A stretch of DNA of 64,000 nucleotides from Planctomycetota bacterium (GTDB lineage Bacteria; Planctomycetota; Phycisphaerae; Phycisphaerales; SM1A02), in assembly GCA_014381555.1 (NCBI GenBank), contig JACNLO010000051.1:8915-72914 (forward strand). The letters run 5' to 3'. The position numbers and the translations under genes are program-made. Shown here one piece after another: positions 40,923-50,990 of the stretch (position 1 is its first letter; each line of letters opens with the position of its first letter). The notes beneath the pieces are model-generated. The model made no database searches, had not been told where the DNA came from, and saw only the letters and a list, made by a program, of their open reading frames with translations.

Positions 40923-41537
40923 ATGGAACAAGAAGTAATGCAAGATCTATCGACACTTATCGAAAAAGGTGGCTATGTAATGGTTCCTCTTTTTATATTA
41001 AGTGTAATCAGTGTCGCCTTAATTTTGGAACGATTTTGGTTCTGGATATTGGCCGGCGGATGTTGTTCAATTCAAAAAAGCATGGTTCTCAACGCTCTTT
41101 TACGGCGTGGAGATTTCTCTAAGGCAAAAACTCAAGTGAAAAATGATTCTTCTCCATTTGGTCTTGTTGCAAAGTCAATTCTTACGGATGGCGTGAGTGA
41201 TGCAGTAGCGATGGAGGCGATAGAATCTCAACGCCCACGCATCGATCGATTTATGGTGGCACTCTCCACAATTATTACCGCAGCACCATTACTTGGTATT
41301 CTTGGAACAGTACTTGGAATTATCCAATCATTTCGTTTACTCGGTGAACAGTCTGTGCTAACTGATCCAACAGATGTTGCTGGTGGGATTGCTGCAGCAT
41401 TGCTCACAACAGCGCTTGGTTTGATTATTGCATTGGTGACATTGTTTCCGTACATGTTGTTTCGCGGTTGGTCAACTCGTGCCTATGGTCGTTTAGAATC
41501 ATTGATTGCAGCAGCTCAACAAGGAGAGAAAGCATGA
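40923..41537 (+). CDS. MotA/TolQ/ExbB proton-channel family protein
   Basis: Three TM helices with the APLLGILGTVLGI and GIAAALLTTALGL motifs. No ExbD/TolR gene follows. Confidence 0.85.
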   Translation: MEQEVMQDLSTLIEKGGYVMVPLFILSVISVALILERFWFWILAGGCCSIQKSMVLNALLRRGDFSKAKTQVKNDSSPFGLVAKSILTDGVSDAVAMEAIESQRPRIDRFMVALSTIITAAPLLGILGTVLGIIQSFRLLGEQSVLTDPTDVAGGIAAALLTTALGLIIALVTLFPYMLFRGWSTRAYGRLESLIAAAQQGEKA

Positions 41538-42823
41538 TTACACTAGCCATCAGTTTAAGTTTGTGCTTGTCAATACTTTTGCAGGATTCTGCAGTACAAG
41601 ACGAGAAATTTCAGGGGTGGGCACGAAAGAGTGAAAGTGAAAACAAAGTTTCTCTCGAGCTTGTTTCAAGGAGATTCCAAGCAGAGGGAAAGCCAGACTT
41701 ATGGCTAGTAGGTGTTGCGCATATTGCTGATGCTTCCTTTTATGAAGAGGTAGGATTATTACTCGATGAAATGGATATTGTGTTGTATGAATCCGTTCGA
41801 CCGACCGGATCACGCCCACCTGCGGGATTGACAGATGAAGAACGAATTGCAACGACAATGAAATCTATGGATTTTGTAGCAGATGTTGCAATGAAAAGCA
41901 CAATAGACGCAGGTGCTTTACCAGAAACAATAGAAGATGTTTTTTCAAATGCAGCATTAATTGACAGCCGATTATCAGTTTGGGTTGAAGATGCCTCAGT
42001 TGATGCGTGGGGGAGGCCGTATTCAATTCAAATTGATGGTGAAAACAATACTATTGCTTTTTGGTGTTTTGGCTCCGATGGAAAGGTTGGCGGAGATGGA
42101 AGCGCAAAAGACCTTGTTGTGTCAAGGACAATTGAATTTAGAGATGACGCGCTTGAAGAAGATAAACAAAAGGGAATGCAAGAAGATCTCGCAGATATAT
42201 TAGGGCTTGAATTTCAACTCGAAGCACTTTCATATGCAAGCCCAAATTGGTTTTGTAGTGATTTGACAATTGGTGAAGTAGAAGAAAAACTAATTGAACA
42301 AGGAGCAGACTCAGCGATTCTCGGCATAATTACAGGTGAGGCGTTTGCAGCAAAAATTGCCAGCGGGATGATGAAGTTAATTCCATTACTAGATGCCCTC
42401 GTAGGCGGTGGAATCCGAGAAACTGCGAGATTACTGATGATAGAGATGCTTTCTATGGATGGAGCAGACCAGATGCTTGAAGGGATTGAGCCCGAACTCG
42501 CGAGAGTAATCATTGTCGAACGAAACACCGAAGTACTCGGAGATATTGCAGCAACTATTGAAATAGTTGAGGACGTGTCTTCGATTGGTGTGTTATATGG
42601 TGCAGGGCACATGAAAGATTTAGCAGAAAGAATACATACATTGTTTGGATATTCTCCAGTTGAAGATCGCTGGATAATTTCAATGCATGTTAACCCGAAT
42701 GATTCACTTCTAAATGAGAACGACTTGAACCGCATGCGATTTGCGTTGCAATATCAGATGCACAAAGCTTCAGAAGCAAAAAAATCAAGTGAAAAAGATG
42801 ATGTAAAAGCAGAAGACAATTAA
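41534..42823 (+). CDS. TraB/GumN family protein with an inserted type II secretion GspG-like (pseudopilin globular) domain
   Basis: The ATGA start/stop overlaps the ExbB gene and is preceded by AAGGAGAG. It has a signal-like N-terminus and TraB/GumN motifs (VGVAHI, VERNTEVL, YGAGHM). Residues ~103-197 carry DAWGRPY...GSDGKVGGDGSAKDL. Confidence 0.7.
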   Translation: MITLAISLSLCLSILLQDSAVQDEKFQGWARKSESENKVSLELVSRRFQAEGKPDLWLVGVAHIADASFYEEVGLLLDEMDIVLYESVRPTGSRPPAGLTDEERIATTMKSMDFVADVAMKSTIDAGALPETIEDVFSNAALIDSRLSVWVEDASVDAWGRPYSIQIDGENNTIAFWCFGSDGKVGGDGSAKDLVVSRTIEFRDDALEEDKQKGMQEDLADILGLEFQLEALSYASPNWFCSDLTIGEVEEKLIEQGADSAILGIITGEAFAAKIASGMMKLIPLLDALVGGGIRETARLLMIEMLSMDGADQMLEGIEPELARVIIVERNTEVLGDIAATIEIVEDVSSIGVLYGAGHMKDLAERIHTLFGYSPVEDRWIISMHVNPNDSLLNENDLNRMRFALQYQMHKASEAKKSSEKDDVKAEDN

Positions 42824-43743
42824 TCTACGGTGTGTGAAAATTCACTCGCGGGGATATCGTCAATTGTTCTTGCTCTTGGAATCCACAATTGTTGATTGAC
42901 AAGCTCCTGGTACATGATTGTTTTTGTTGAACCATCTGCATTAGTAATTACTGGAGGTCCATTTCCTCTTCCAAGTGGAACATGTGTTTCCGAAAATACT
43001 TCGAGTTTATCTTCAGAGAGAGGAACCCATTTTGTTACCCGTGCGAGAATACTTGGTGCTGCAAAGTAGGAACCTGGTGTATCGTTTTCCATATTCTGGT
43101 ACACACCTTGGCTTGCATAAAATGTACTACAAAACACAATTTGGCTTGATGGTTTTTTTATCGCAGATGAAGTGGATGTAATCATGTTCGCACGATTCCC
43201 ATCGGTCAATTGAACTGAACTAAAAAGACCTTCTGGTTTATTGGAATGGTTGTCTAGGCTCCACCATCCTCCTAAGTAAAAACCGTTGTATCCAAATGCT
43301 GGCTGTGTTGCAATTACCTCTGAATGTTCTCTAATTCCGTTTGTTGTCCACTCATCGGTGTCTCTGTAATTCAGCAGCGAGCGCCAGTCGTAATCGAGAT
43401 AATTGAGGAGACGCCAAGTCCAAGGACCAGCATTATTTGGAAGGTTGTAATCATAAGTAGGCGCTGGAAAAACAAGAGTTTCATCAGGAAGTGCCCAAGC
43501 GAGCTTTCGATATTCTTGAACTTTCGTGCTTAGATAACCTGGAAGAATTTTATCTTGGTGATCACCGAGGTACATCTGCCATGCTTTTCCAACCTCACCG
43601 ATTTTTGCAAGTTCTTTTACTTTTCTTGCTCTTGATTGAGTGCTGCGAAGTGAAGGAACGAGTATTGCGAAAAGAACCGCAATGACTGCAATAACAACAA
43701 TCAATTCAACAATTGTGAAGCCACTTTGCTTGAATCTCTTCAT
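42820..43743 (-). CDS. prepilin-type N-terminal cleavage/methylation domain protein (DUF1559/HX9DG-like pseudopilin family)
   Basis: The N-terminus is SGFTIVELIVVIAVIAVLFAILVP and the C-terminus has an NADGS motif. Its start overlaps the ispG stop by 4 nt. Confidence 0.8.
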   Translation of the reverse strand: MKRFKQSGFTIVELIVVIAVIAVLFAILVPSLRSTQSRARKVKELAKIGEVGKAWQMYLGDHQDKILPGYLSTKVQEYRKLAWALPDETLVFPAPTYDYNLPNNAGPWTWRLLNYLDYDWRSLLNYRDTDEWTTNGIREHSEVIATQPAFGYNGFYLGGWWSLDNHSNKPEGLFSSVQLTDGNRANMITSTSSAIKKPSSQIVFCSTFYASQGVYQNMENDTPGSYFAAPSILARVTKWVPLSEDKLEVFSETHVPLGRGNGPPVITNADGSTKTIMYQELVNQQLWIPRARTIDDIPASEFSHTVD

Positions 43744-44933
43744 GGTTGGTGACCTTCAACAGTTACACTTGATGGTGGTGGGGCAATAATAGAAATCGAT
43801 TTTTCGCCAAGTTTTGCGCTTCCTTCTCTTATTTTAGCTTGAAGAGTTTTGCATTCTTGGAGAAGCCGATCGAGGATTTCATCTTCGGGAACATTGGCAA
43901 CTCTTTCGCCTTGGACATAAATGATTCCACGGCGATCTCCGGCAAAAACAGCGACATCTGCGCCTTCTGCTTCGCCTGGTCCATTGACAACACAACCCAT
44001 AACGGCAACCTTGATTGGAATTTCTATATCGTTTTGGAGTTGATTTTTTACTTCATTGACAAGAGAGAATAAATCCACTTGGATTCTTCCACAGCTTGGG
44101 CAAGCAATAAGTTCGGCGCCTATTCTGTCGCGGAGACCTAAACAATTTAGTAATTCGACACCATCTTCAACTTCAAATATGGGATCACTTGCGTAACTGA
44201 TTCGAATCGTGTCGCCTATACCTTGAGAAAGTAATGAACCAAGGGCAGTGATTGATCGGATAGAGCCCGTTTCTCGAGGACCCGCGTGTGTTACTCCAAG
44301 ATGGAGTGGATAATCAAAACGTTTTGAAATTTCTTCGTAGATATCTATAACGAGTCGAGCATCCATTAACTTTGCGCTTAAACAGATATCACGAAAGTTT
44401 CGAGCTTCGAATATATCAAGATACTCTTCAATTTTTGTAATCATCATTGCAAGGAGTTGCCCATGCTTACGGTCAGCAAAAAATGAGGTGAGTTCTTCTT
44501 GTCTTTTTAGTTTGTCTTTGCGTTCAACAATAGAACCCTCATTGACCCCAATGCGAATTGGAATATTTGCATCTTTGCAAGCATCGATGACGGCATGAAC
44601 TTGCTCGATATCTCCGATGTTTCCAGGGTTCAGCCGAATTTTATGTACGCCGGCTTCAATTGCTTCAATAGCACGTTGAAAATGAAAGTGGACATCGGCT
44701 ACGATTGGTACAGTGACTTGCGAAAGTATCTCAGTAAGGGCTGAAGTATCTTTTTTTTCAGGGACTGCAACTCGAACAATATCTGCCCCAGCATCCGCAA
44801 GTTCGTTAATTTCTGTAACACATTCATCAATATCGTGTGTATACCCAGAGGTCATCGACTGCACAGAAATAGGTGCATTTCCGCCAATCGGTACATCCCC
44901 AACCTGTATTTGCCGAGTTTTCTTCCGTTGCAT
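43740..44933 (-). CDS. ispG: (E)-4-hydroxy-3-methylbut-2-enyl-diphosphate synthase
   Basis: IRLNPGNIG motif and Fe-S cysteines (ACPSCGR, GCVVNGPGE). Confidence 0.95.
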   Translation of the reverse strand: MQRKKTRQIQVGDVPIGGNAPISVQSMTSGYTHDIDECVTEINELADAGADIVRVAVPEKKDTSALTEILSQVTVPIVADVHFHFQRAIEAIEAGVHKIRLNPGNIGDIEQVHAVIDACKDANIPIRIGVNEGSIVERKDKLKRQEELTSFFADRKHGQLLAMMITKIEEYLDIFEARNFRDICLSAKLMDARLVIDIYEEISKRFDYPLHLGVTHAGPRETGSIRSITALGSLLSQGIGDTIRISYASDPIFEVEDGVELLNCLGLRDRIGAELIACPSCGRIQVDLFSLVNEVKNQLQNDIEIPIKVAVMGCVVNGPGEAEGADVAVFAGDRRGIIYVQGERVANVPEDEILDRLLQECKTLQAKIREGSAKLGEKSISIIAPPPSSVTVEGHQP

Positions 44934-44939
44934 AGGTAC

Positions 44940-44969
44940 ATACTAACGACACTCTTGGCTCCTGGTCAA
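44940..44969 (-). promoter_or_regulatory. candidate promoter placing the ispG start codon at or near the transcript 5' end
   Basis: Minus strand reads TTGACC-N18-TAGTAT, with only 6 nt between the -10 box and the ATG. Confidence 0.3.
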
Positions 44970-45009
44970 TTTGGCTCAGAGCCAAAAAAGTGAGCCAAAA
45001 AAGTAGAAG

Positions 45010-47679
45010 TTAGTATATTTCAAGTTCCATTACTCCACCCTCAATGAGTAAGTCTTCTATGGGTGTGCCCTCAGGGATTTCCATTCCACTTAGTGTCGTA
45101 ATCTTAATCTGTGGGTTCGCTTCCATGTGTGCTTCTAGCGCCGCTTCAAGCTCTTTGCGAACGTCATCTTCAAGAGTTTTCATGCCCATGCGTCCTTTGC
45201 ATTTTGGGAATGTTGAGCAACCAAGCCATGGACCACGTTTACCAAGTCGTAAATTCATCGGACTTTCACATTTTTCACATTGCAGTGATTCGATAAGTAG
45301 GGCTGGTGGGGAGGGGTATTTGATACCGCCCTTTTTGTCAAGATTTACGACAGTTTTAACCTCAGGATAATTCACTGAAGCGAGGAATGGTCCAAATCTT
45401 CCGGTACGCTTTTCCATCGCTGAACCATCTTCAGGGCATGCGACGTCCACTCGTTCAGGTAGCAATGGTTGTCCCTGACGGTCAATTGGTGCAGCATACT
45501 TACAATCTGGATAGCCAGTACACGAAAGAAATCGTCCATTTTTCCCGAATCTATATTCAGTTTTTTCGCCACAAGTAGGGCATTTGTAAATCGCAGGTTT
45601 TGTTTCTGCTTTTGCGTGAGGCATTTCGTCGTAGGCAGTCTTTAATCTTTTGCTGAAACGACCGTAAAAGTCATGCAACATATCAACCCAGTTGGTTTCA
45701 CCTTTTGCAACCGCGTCAAGTCGGTCCTCAAGTGTACGAGTGTATTCAACGCCCATTAGAATAGGAAATGCTTCAATCAACTTTTCTGTGACTACTTCAC
45801 CGAGGTCGGTTGGGTGAAATGAGCGATCAATTTTTTCCACGTATTTTCTGTATTGAATGACATCGATAATAGAAGCGTAGGTAGATGGTCGTCCGATGCC
45901 TTCTGATTCTAATTTTTTAATCAATGATGCTTCGCTGTATCTCGAAGGCGGAGAAGAAAAGTTTTGTATTGGCGAAAGGTTAAATGGGAAAAGTTCATTA
46001 CCTTCTTCTAATGTTGGTAAGTTTTGTTCTGTATCAGAAGATGGGACGCCACTTGCTTTATAGAAACCGTCAAACGCTAACGTTCGGCCACCAACCTTAA
46101 AGACGGCTCCAGTATTTTTATCATCGCGTTCAAAGAAAAATTCGGTTTTTAGCCAACGAGCAGGAGTCATTTGGCATGCCAAGTAACGAGCCCAAATTAA
46201 AGCATAGAGACGGCGTTGGTCCTCGTCTATTTTTGCAGGTAACGTTTCAGGATGTAGCCCAACATCTGTAGGGCGAATTGCTTCGTGTGCCTCTTGAGCA
46301 TCTTTATTTGCTGAGGAATAAACATTAGGTTTTTTAGGAAGGTACGCATCACCAAACTTGTTTCCAATATATGTTCGAACAGATTGCAACGCATCGTTAG
46401 AGATGTGTGTTGAATCTGTACGCATATACGTGATTGAACCAGCCTCATATAATCCTTGTGCTGCACGCATTGTTCTCTTTGCGCCAAATCCAAGTTTTGT
46501 GGAAGCGTGTGCTTGCAAAGAGGAAGTAATAAATGGCGAGGAAGGTCGAGAAACAGTATCTTTTTGTGTGATGTCTCGAATTTTGTAAGTGACATTGTCA
46601 GCAATATCACCCTTGAGAGTTATGCAATGTTTTGCAGGGCCCTTTCCCTCTTTGTCTTCTTCAATAGCAATAGTCGGGTCATCTAGGCCTATTGCATTTC
46701 CAACCTCAACCAATCGCGTTGTGTGCGCTTCGATATTGTTATCGCAATCTGCAGGGCGTGTTACTTTAAATGGTTCTCCTGCAACTTCAACGAGCATTGC
46801 TTCGACAGCACCATTCTCACTTAGGAATGTATAGAGTTGTTTTCGTGTTGGGCCTTTTCCGCGATCATCTTTCTTGTCTAAGAACTCTGCCAACTTCGTT
46901 GCAAGTGACGATGTTTCACTTGAGTCGAGTGTAAAACGTCCAACCACACTCCATGATTCATCAGGAATATGTGCTTCAATCTCTTTTTCGCGCTCGACAA
47001 CAATACGAACTGCAACCGATTGCACGCGACCTGCACTGAGCCCTCCCGCAACGCGTTTCCACAGCAGCGGAGAAACTTTATACCCAACGATACGGTCGAG
47101 AATTCGTCTTGCCTGCTGGGCATCTACAAAATCCATATTGATTGGGTGAGGGTGTTCAAATGCTTCTTCAATTTGTTTCTTCGTGATGGCGTTAAAAATC
47201 ACACGCTTTGCTTTTGAAGGATCGACCTCGAGTAATTCAGCGAGATGCCACGCAATTGCTTCTCCTTCACGGTCGAGATCGCTCGCGAACCAAACAGCGT
47301 CGGCTTTTTTTGCCGCTTTCTTCAAATCGTTAGCGAGAGTACTTTTGCCTTTGAGTACTTCGTATGTTGGCTTGAAATCATTTTCAAGGTCGACTCCCGG
47401 AACTTCTTGCTTCACTCCTTTTGGAGCTCTTGCGGGTAGATCACGAATGTGTCCGACCGAAGAAGTTACAGCGTATTTGTCACCGAGATACTTATTGATG
47501 GTTCTAGCTTTGGCAGGGGATTCGACAATAACAAGCTGCTTGCCTGTTGCATCTGGCACAGAATTGCGATTTGAGGTCGTCTTTTTCTTAGAAGTCTTTT
47601 TCTTTGAAGTCTTCTTTTTTGTTGTCTTCTTTTTAGCCAAAATAGTTGTCCCTGAGTTACTTTCTGTGCCACATTGCAT
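45010..47679 (-). CDS. topA: type I DNA topoisomerase with lysine-rich N-terminal extension
   Basis: Toprim VIVESPAKARTI, active-site Tyr context GSITYMRTDS and several C-terminal CxxC zinc ribbons. An alternative TTG start at 47640 would give MAKKKTTKKK. Confidence 0.95.
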   Translation of the reverse strand: MQCGTESNSGTTILAKKKTTKKKTSKKKTSKKKTTSNRNSVPDATGKQLVIVESPAKARTINKYLGDKYAVTSSVGHIRDLPARAPKGVKQEVPGVDLENDFKPTYEVLKGKSTLANDLKKAAKKADAVWFASDLDREGEAIAWHLAELLEVDPSKAKRVIFNAITKKQIEEAFEHPHPINMDFVDAQQARRILDRIVGYKVSPLLWKRVAGGLSAGRVQSVAVRIVVEREKEIEAHIPDESWSVVGRFTLDSSETSSLATKLAEFLDKKDDRGKGPTRKQLYTFLSENGAVEAMLVEVAGEPFKVTRPADCDNNIEAHTTRLVEVGNAIGLDDPTIAIEEDKEGKGPAKHCITLKGDIADNVTYKIRDITQKDTVSRPSSPFITSSLQAHASTKLGFGAKRTMRAAQGLYEAGSITYMRTDSTHISNDALQSVRTYIGNKFGDAYLPKKPNVYSSANKDAQEAHEAIRPTDVGLHPETLPAKIDEDQRRLYALIWARYLACQMTPARWLKTEFFFERDDKNTGAVFKVGGRTLAFDGFYKASGVPSSDTEQNLPTLEEGNELFPFNLSPIQNFSSPPSRYSEASLIKKLESEGIGRPSTYASIIDVIQYRKYVEKIDRSFHPTDLGEVVTEKLIEAFPILMGVEYTRTLEDRLDAVAKGETNWVDMLHDFYGRFSKRLKTAYDEMPHAKAETKPAIYKCPTCGEKTEYRFGKNGRFLSCTGYPDCKYAAPIDRQGQPLLPERVDVACPEDGSAMEKRTGRFGPFLASVNYPEVKTVVNLDKKGGIKYPSPPALLIESLQCEKCESPMNLRLGKRGPWLGCSTFPKCKGRMGMKTLEDDVRKELEAALEAHMEANPQIKITTLSGMEIPEGTPIEDLLIEGGVMELEIY

Positions 47680-47764
47680 CGGTCAGGCAGGTCAAACCGC
47701 TTGCCTATGGCGGAGCATTGAAACGACTTTTCTCAGATTGTCAAGTGTACCCACGGAATAATTT

Positions 47765-48682
47765 TTATGCGGATATATGCATAAGTGCTTGTGTAACAGC
47801 ATATTGCGTGCCTTTATTCTCCATATCAATAAAATGTGTTCTAGGCAATATTTTGAATCTTCGAAGCCAAGACCGCTGTTGTTTGGCATATCGACGGGTC
47901 ATAATCTTGATTCTTTCCTTGGCCTCTTCGAGGGTACATTCACCTCGAAGGTGGGCAAGAAGTTGCTTATATCCGAGCGCTTCAGATGCCTGTTTGCCGA
48001 GTTGTGATTGAATGGTTGTAACCTCCTCAAGGAAACCATCCTCAAACATCGCTCGTACGCGTGAATTTATTCGGCGGTTAATTGTTTTAACTGGCCAAGT
48101 AAGCCCAATCATAATGGCATCTTCGCGTGGCATTGGCTTTCCCCACTGAGATTGCAGAGATGAAAGTGGGTGTCCTGTAGCTTCACAAACTTCAATTGCA
48201 CGGATGAGCCGTCGTTTGTCATTTATGTGGATTCGACGAGCAGCATCTGGGTCAAGAGTATGTAATCGATCTAGTAATGTGGAATTGGTTTCAGCATTGA
48301 GTGCATCACGTTTGTCTTGGTCGCACTCTGGGCCATCGAACATTCCAAACAATAATGATTGCACATAGAGATTTGTTCCGCCCACGATGATGGGCCATTT
48401 GCCACGCTGCCTAATATCTTCAATGGTTTGCTCAGCAAGTTTTAGCCACGTTTCAACTGTGAACCCATCTTCGCATGGGTCGACTATATCAACAAGGTGG
48501 TGAATTGCTTGCGATTGTTCTTCTTTGGTTGGCTTTGCTGTGCCGATGTCCATTCTCCTATAAATTTGCATCGAATCTGCACAAATACATTCACCACCAC
48601 CTTCCAGTGCGTTTGCAAGGGAGATGGCGAGCGTAGTTTTTCCACCAGCGGTTGGTCCAAGAATGAGAATAATTGGTCGCAT
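47765..48682 (-). CDS. miaA: tRNA dimethylallyltransferase
   Basis: P-loop GPTAGGKTT; 305 aa. Confidence 0.93.
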   Translation of the reverse strand: MRPIILILGPTAGGKTTLAISLANALEGGGECICADSMQIYRRMDIGTAKPTKEEQSQAIHHLVDIVDPCEDGFTVETWLKLAEQTIEDIRQRGKWPIIVGGTNLYVQSLLFGMFDGPECDQDKRDALNAETNSTLLDRLHTLDPDAARRIHINDKRRLIRAIEVCEATGHPLSSLQSQWGKPMPREDAIMIGLTWPVKTINRRINSRVRAMFEDGFLEEVTTIQSQLGKQASEALGYKQLLAHLRGECTLEEAKERIKIMTRRYAKQQRSWLRRFKILPRTHFIDMENKGTQYAVTQALMHISA

Positions 48683-48716
48683 GCGGTGTATATCTTATGA
48701 GCATAAGATAGTGAGC

Positions 48717-49880
48717 ATGAAACAGACTATTGAACAAATTGATGTTGCTGGAAAAAGGGTGCTGATGCGGGTGGACTTTAATGTTCCTATGACAGATGGG
48801 GAGATTACTGATGACCGAAGGATTCAAATGGCGTTGCCGAGCATTACTAGCGTCCTTGACCGAGGAGGGAAACTTACGTTGATGAGCCATCTTGGGAGAC
48901 CGTCTGGCGATGGTTTTGAAAAGGCATATTCCCTTGCCCCGATTGCAAAACGTCTTGGTGAGTTGCTTGGTCGCGATGTAGTTTGCTCTGATGATGACAC
49001 TACTTCAGATGTTGTACTAGTGGAAAATTTACGATTCGACAAAGGTGAAAAAACGGGAAATGAAACATTTGCCAAATCGCTTGCAGCCAAAGGAGACATC
49101 TATTGCAACGACGCATTTGGAACGGCGCATCGAACACACGCATCCATGGTGGCAGTACCACTAGCAATGGAAGGAAAACCACGGGTTGCTGGGTTGCTCT
49201 TAGCAAAAGAGTTGCAATATTTAGACCATGCAATATCAAACGCTAAAAAACCATTTGTAGCAGTGTTGGGCGGAGCTAAAGTTTCTGACAAAATGGGAGC
49301 AATAGAAAACTTACTTGGGACAGTTGACACAATTTTAATTGGTGGTGCAATGGCGTACACGTTTTTGGTTTCTATTGGCGAACATGTTGGAAACAGTTTA
49401 GTTGAGCATAATCGTCTTGAAGATGCATCTAAAATAATTGACGCAGCAGTTGCAAGTTCTACCGATCTACTCTTCCCACAAGATCATGTATGTGCACAAG
49501 AAATTGTTCAAGGCACTCGAGTACAAGTTACTGCCGGGTCAATTCCAAAAGGTTGGATGGGGCTCGATATTGGTCCCGAAACAATTTTGAAGTACACACA
49601 GATTCTTAGAGATTCAAATACGATTATCTGGAATGGTCCCATGGGTGTCTTTGAAATGGAGCCATTTGACGTGGGAACGCGTCAGATTGCACAGGCAATA
49701 GCATCTGCAACAGAAAACGGTGCAACATCTATTGTTGGTGGTGGCGATTCCGCAGCGGCGATTTCTGCGTCTGGTTTAGAAGGACAAATGACTCATATTT
49801 CCACTGGAGGGGGTGCAAGTCTACAAATGCTTGAAGGAAAGTCATTTTCGAGTGTTGCTCTGCTTGATGATACCGTATGA
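48717..49880 (+). CDS. pgk: phosphoglycerate kinase
   Basis: MRVDFNVP near the N-terminus and the GGGDS motif. The start was trimmed from 48624 because that extension overlaps the divergent miaA. Confidence 0.95.
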   Translation: MKQTIEQIDVAGKRVLMRVDFNVPMTDGEITDDRRIQMALPSITSVLDRGGKLTLMSHLGRPSGDGFEKAYSLAPIAKRLGELLGRDVVCSDDDTTSDVVLVENLRFDKGEKTGNETFAKSLAAKGDIYCNDAFGTAHRTHASMVAVPLAMEGKPRVAGLLLAKELQYLDHAISNAKKPFVAVLGGAKVSDKMGAIENLLGTVDTILIGGAMAYTFLVSIGEHVGNSLVEHNRLEDASKIIDAAVASSTDLLFPQDHVCAQEIVQGTRVQVTAGSIPKGWMGLDIGPETILKYTQILRDSNTIIWNGPMGVFEMEPFDVGTRQIAQAIASATENGATSIVGGGDSAAAISASGLEGQMTHISTGGGASLQMLEGKSFSSVALLDDTV

Positions 49881-49930
49881 TTTACAATTGCTATTAATGT
49901 ACAAAATGTACAAAAGGAGTTTTTTTAATT

Positions 49931-50983
49931 ATGCGAATACGATTACTACTACTTGCGTTTCTTTTTTCCCTTCTCTCAACATCTATCGCCACAGCGCAAC
50001 GAAGGAATAGACTTGAACTAGGTTCTCCGGCTCCAGTTATTTATGCTACATGGGTAAAAGGCGAATTTAATTCCTCTGATATAGAAGATGCGGTCTACAT
50101 AGTAGAGTTTTGGGCAACATGGTGCGCTCCGTGTAGAAGGTCGATTCCTCATTTAACCAAACTTCAAGAAGAATACGGCGAAGATGGCCTAACGATTTTT
50201 GGTATTTCTACTGATCAAAATCAAGATCTTGTAAAGCCCTTTGTGAAACGACAAGGGATGAAAATGGGATATACCGTTGGCATTGATGACAACAATCGAA
50301 CAAAGAGAGGATGGATGGACGCTGCTGGCTTAAAAGGTATCCCAGCAGTTTTTATTGTCGATCGGAATGGAATTATTCAATACATTGGCAATCCGTTGAA
50401 CGCTGATTTTGACGACGTTATTGAGTTAGTGATGGCTGGTCGGTACGACTTAAAGAAGCAAGCTGAAGCAGCACCATCGATTCGAGCAGCAAATTCGTTC
50501 CGTTCGGGAAACAGTTGGGCAGAAGCTCAAAAAGCGTACGAGAATGCAATTGAGATTGACAAGATGGTATTTGCAGAGTTGTATATTGATCTAATTAAAA
50601 TGTTGCTTACTGATAAAAACGACCCAACCGCAGCATATGCATATATTGGTGAGGTGATCACAAATCGTGGCTCTGATGATCCAGAACTCTTAACATGGAT
50701 TGCACGATACATTGCAGAGGACGAAGATATACCAGAGCAAAATAGACGAATGGATGTTGCTATGGATGCTGCGAAAGCCGCGCTCTCATTTGCAACAAGA
50801 AAAACAGATCCAAAATATCTCTCAACTATTGCGTTTGTGCATTTCAATAACGATAACATCGATAAAGCGATAGAGTGGCAACGAAAAGCATATTATTCAG
50901 CACGCCAAAGTAATAAAATAGAGTACAAAAAAGACCTTGTTAGTTACAGAACTCGAAAACAACGTGTTAATGCAGGCGAGTAA
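49931..50983 (+). CDS. secreted TlpA/ResA-like thioredoxin-fold protein with helical (TPR-like) C-terminal half
   Basis: Signal peptide plus the redox motif WATWCAPCRR. Confidence 0.8.
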   Translation: MRIRLLLLAFLFSLLSTSIATAQRRNRLELGSPAPVIYATWVKGEFNSSDIEDAVYIVEFWATWCAPCRRSIPHLTKLQEEYGEDGLTIFGISTDQNQDLVKPFVKRQGMKMGYTVGIDDNNRTKRGWMDAAGLKGIPAVFIVDRNGIIQYIGNPLNADFDDVIELVMAGRYDLKKQAEAAPSIRAANSFRSGNSWAEAQKAYENAIEIDKMVFAELYIDLIKMLLTDKNDPTAAYAYIGEVITNRGSDDPELLTWIARYIAEDEDIPEQNRRMDVAMDAAKAALSFATRKTDPKYLSTIAFVHFNNDNIDKAIEWQRKAYYSARQSNKIEYKKDLVSYRTRKQRVNAGE

Positions 50984-50990
50984 CCTGTAA

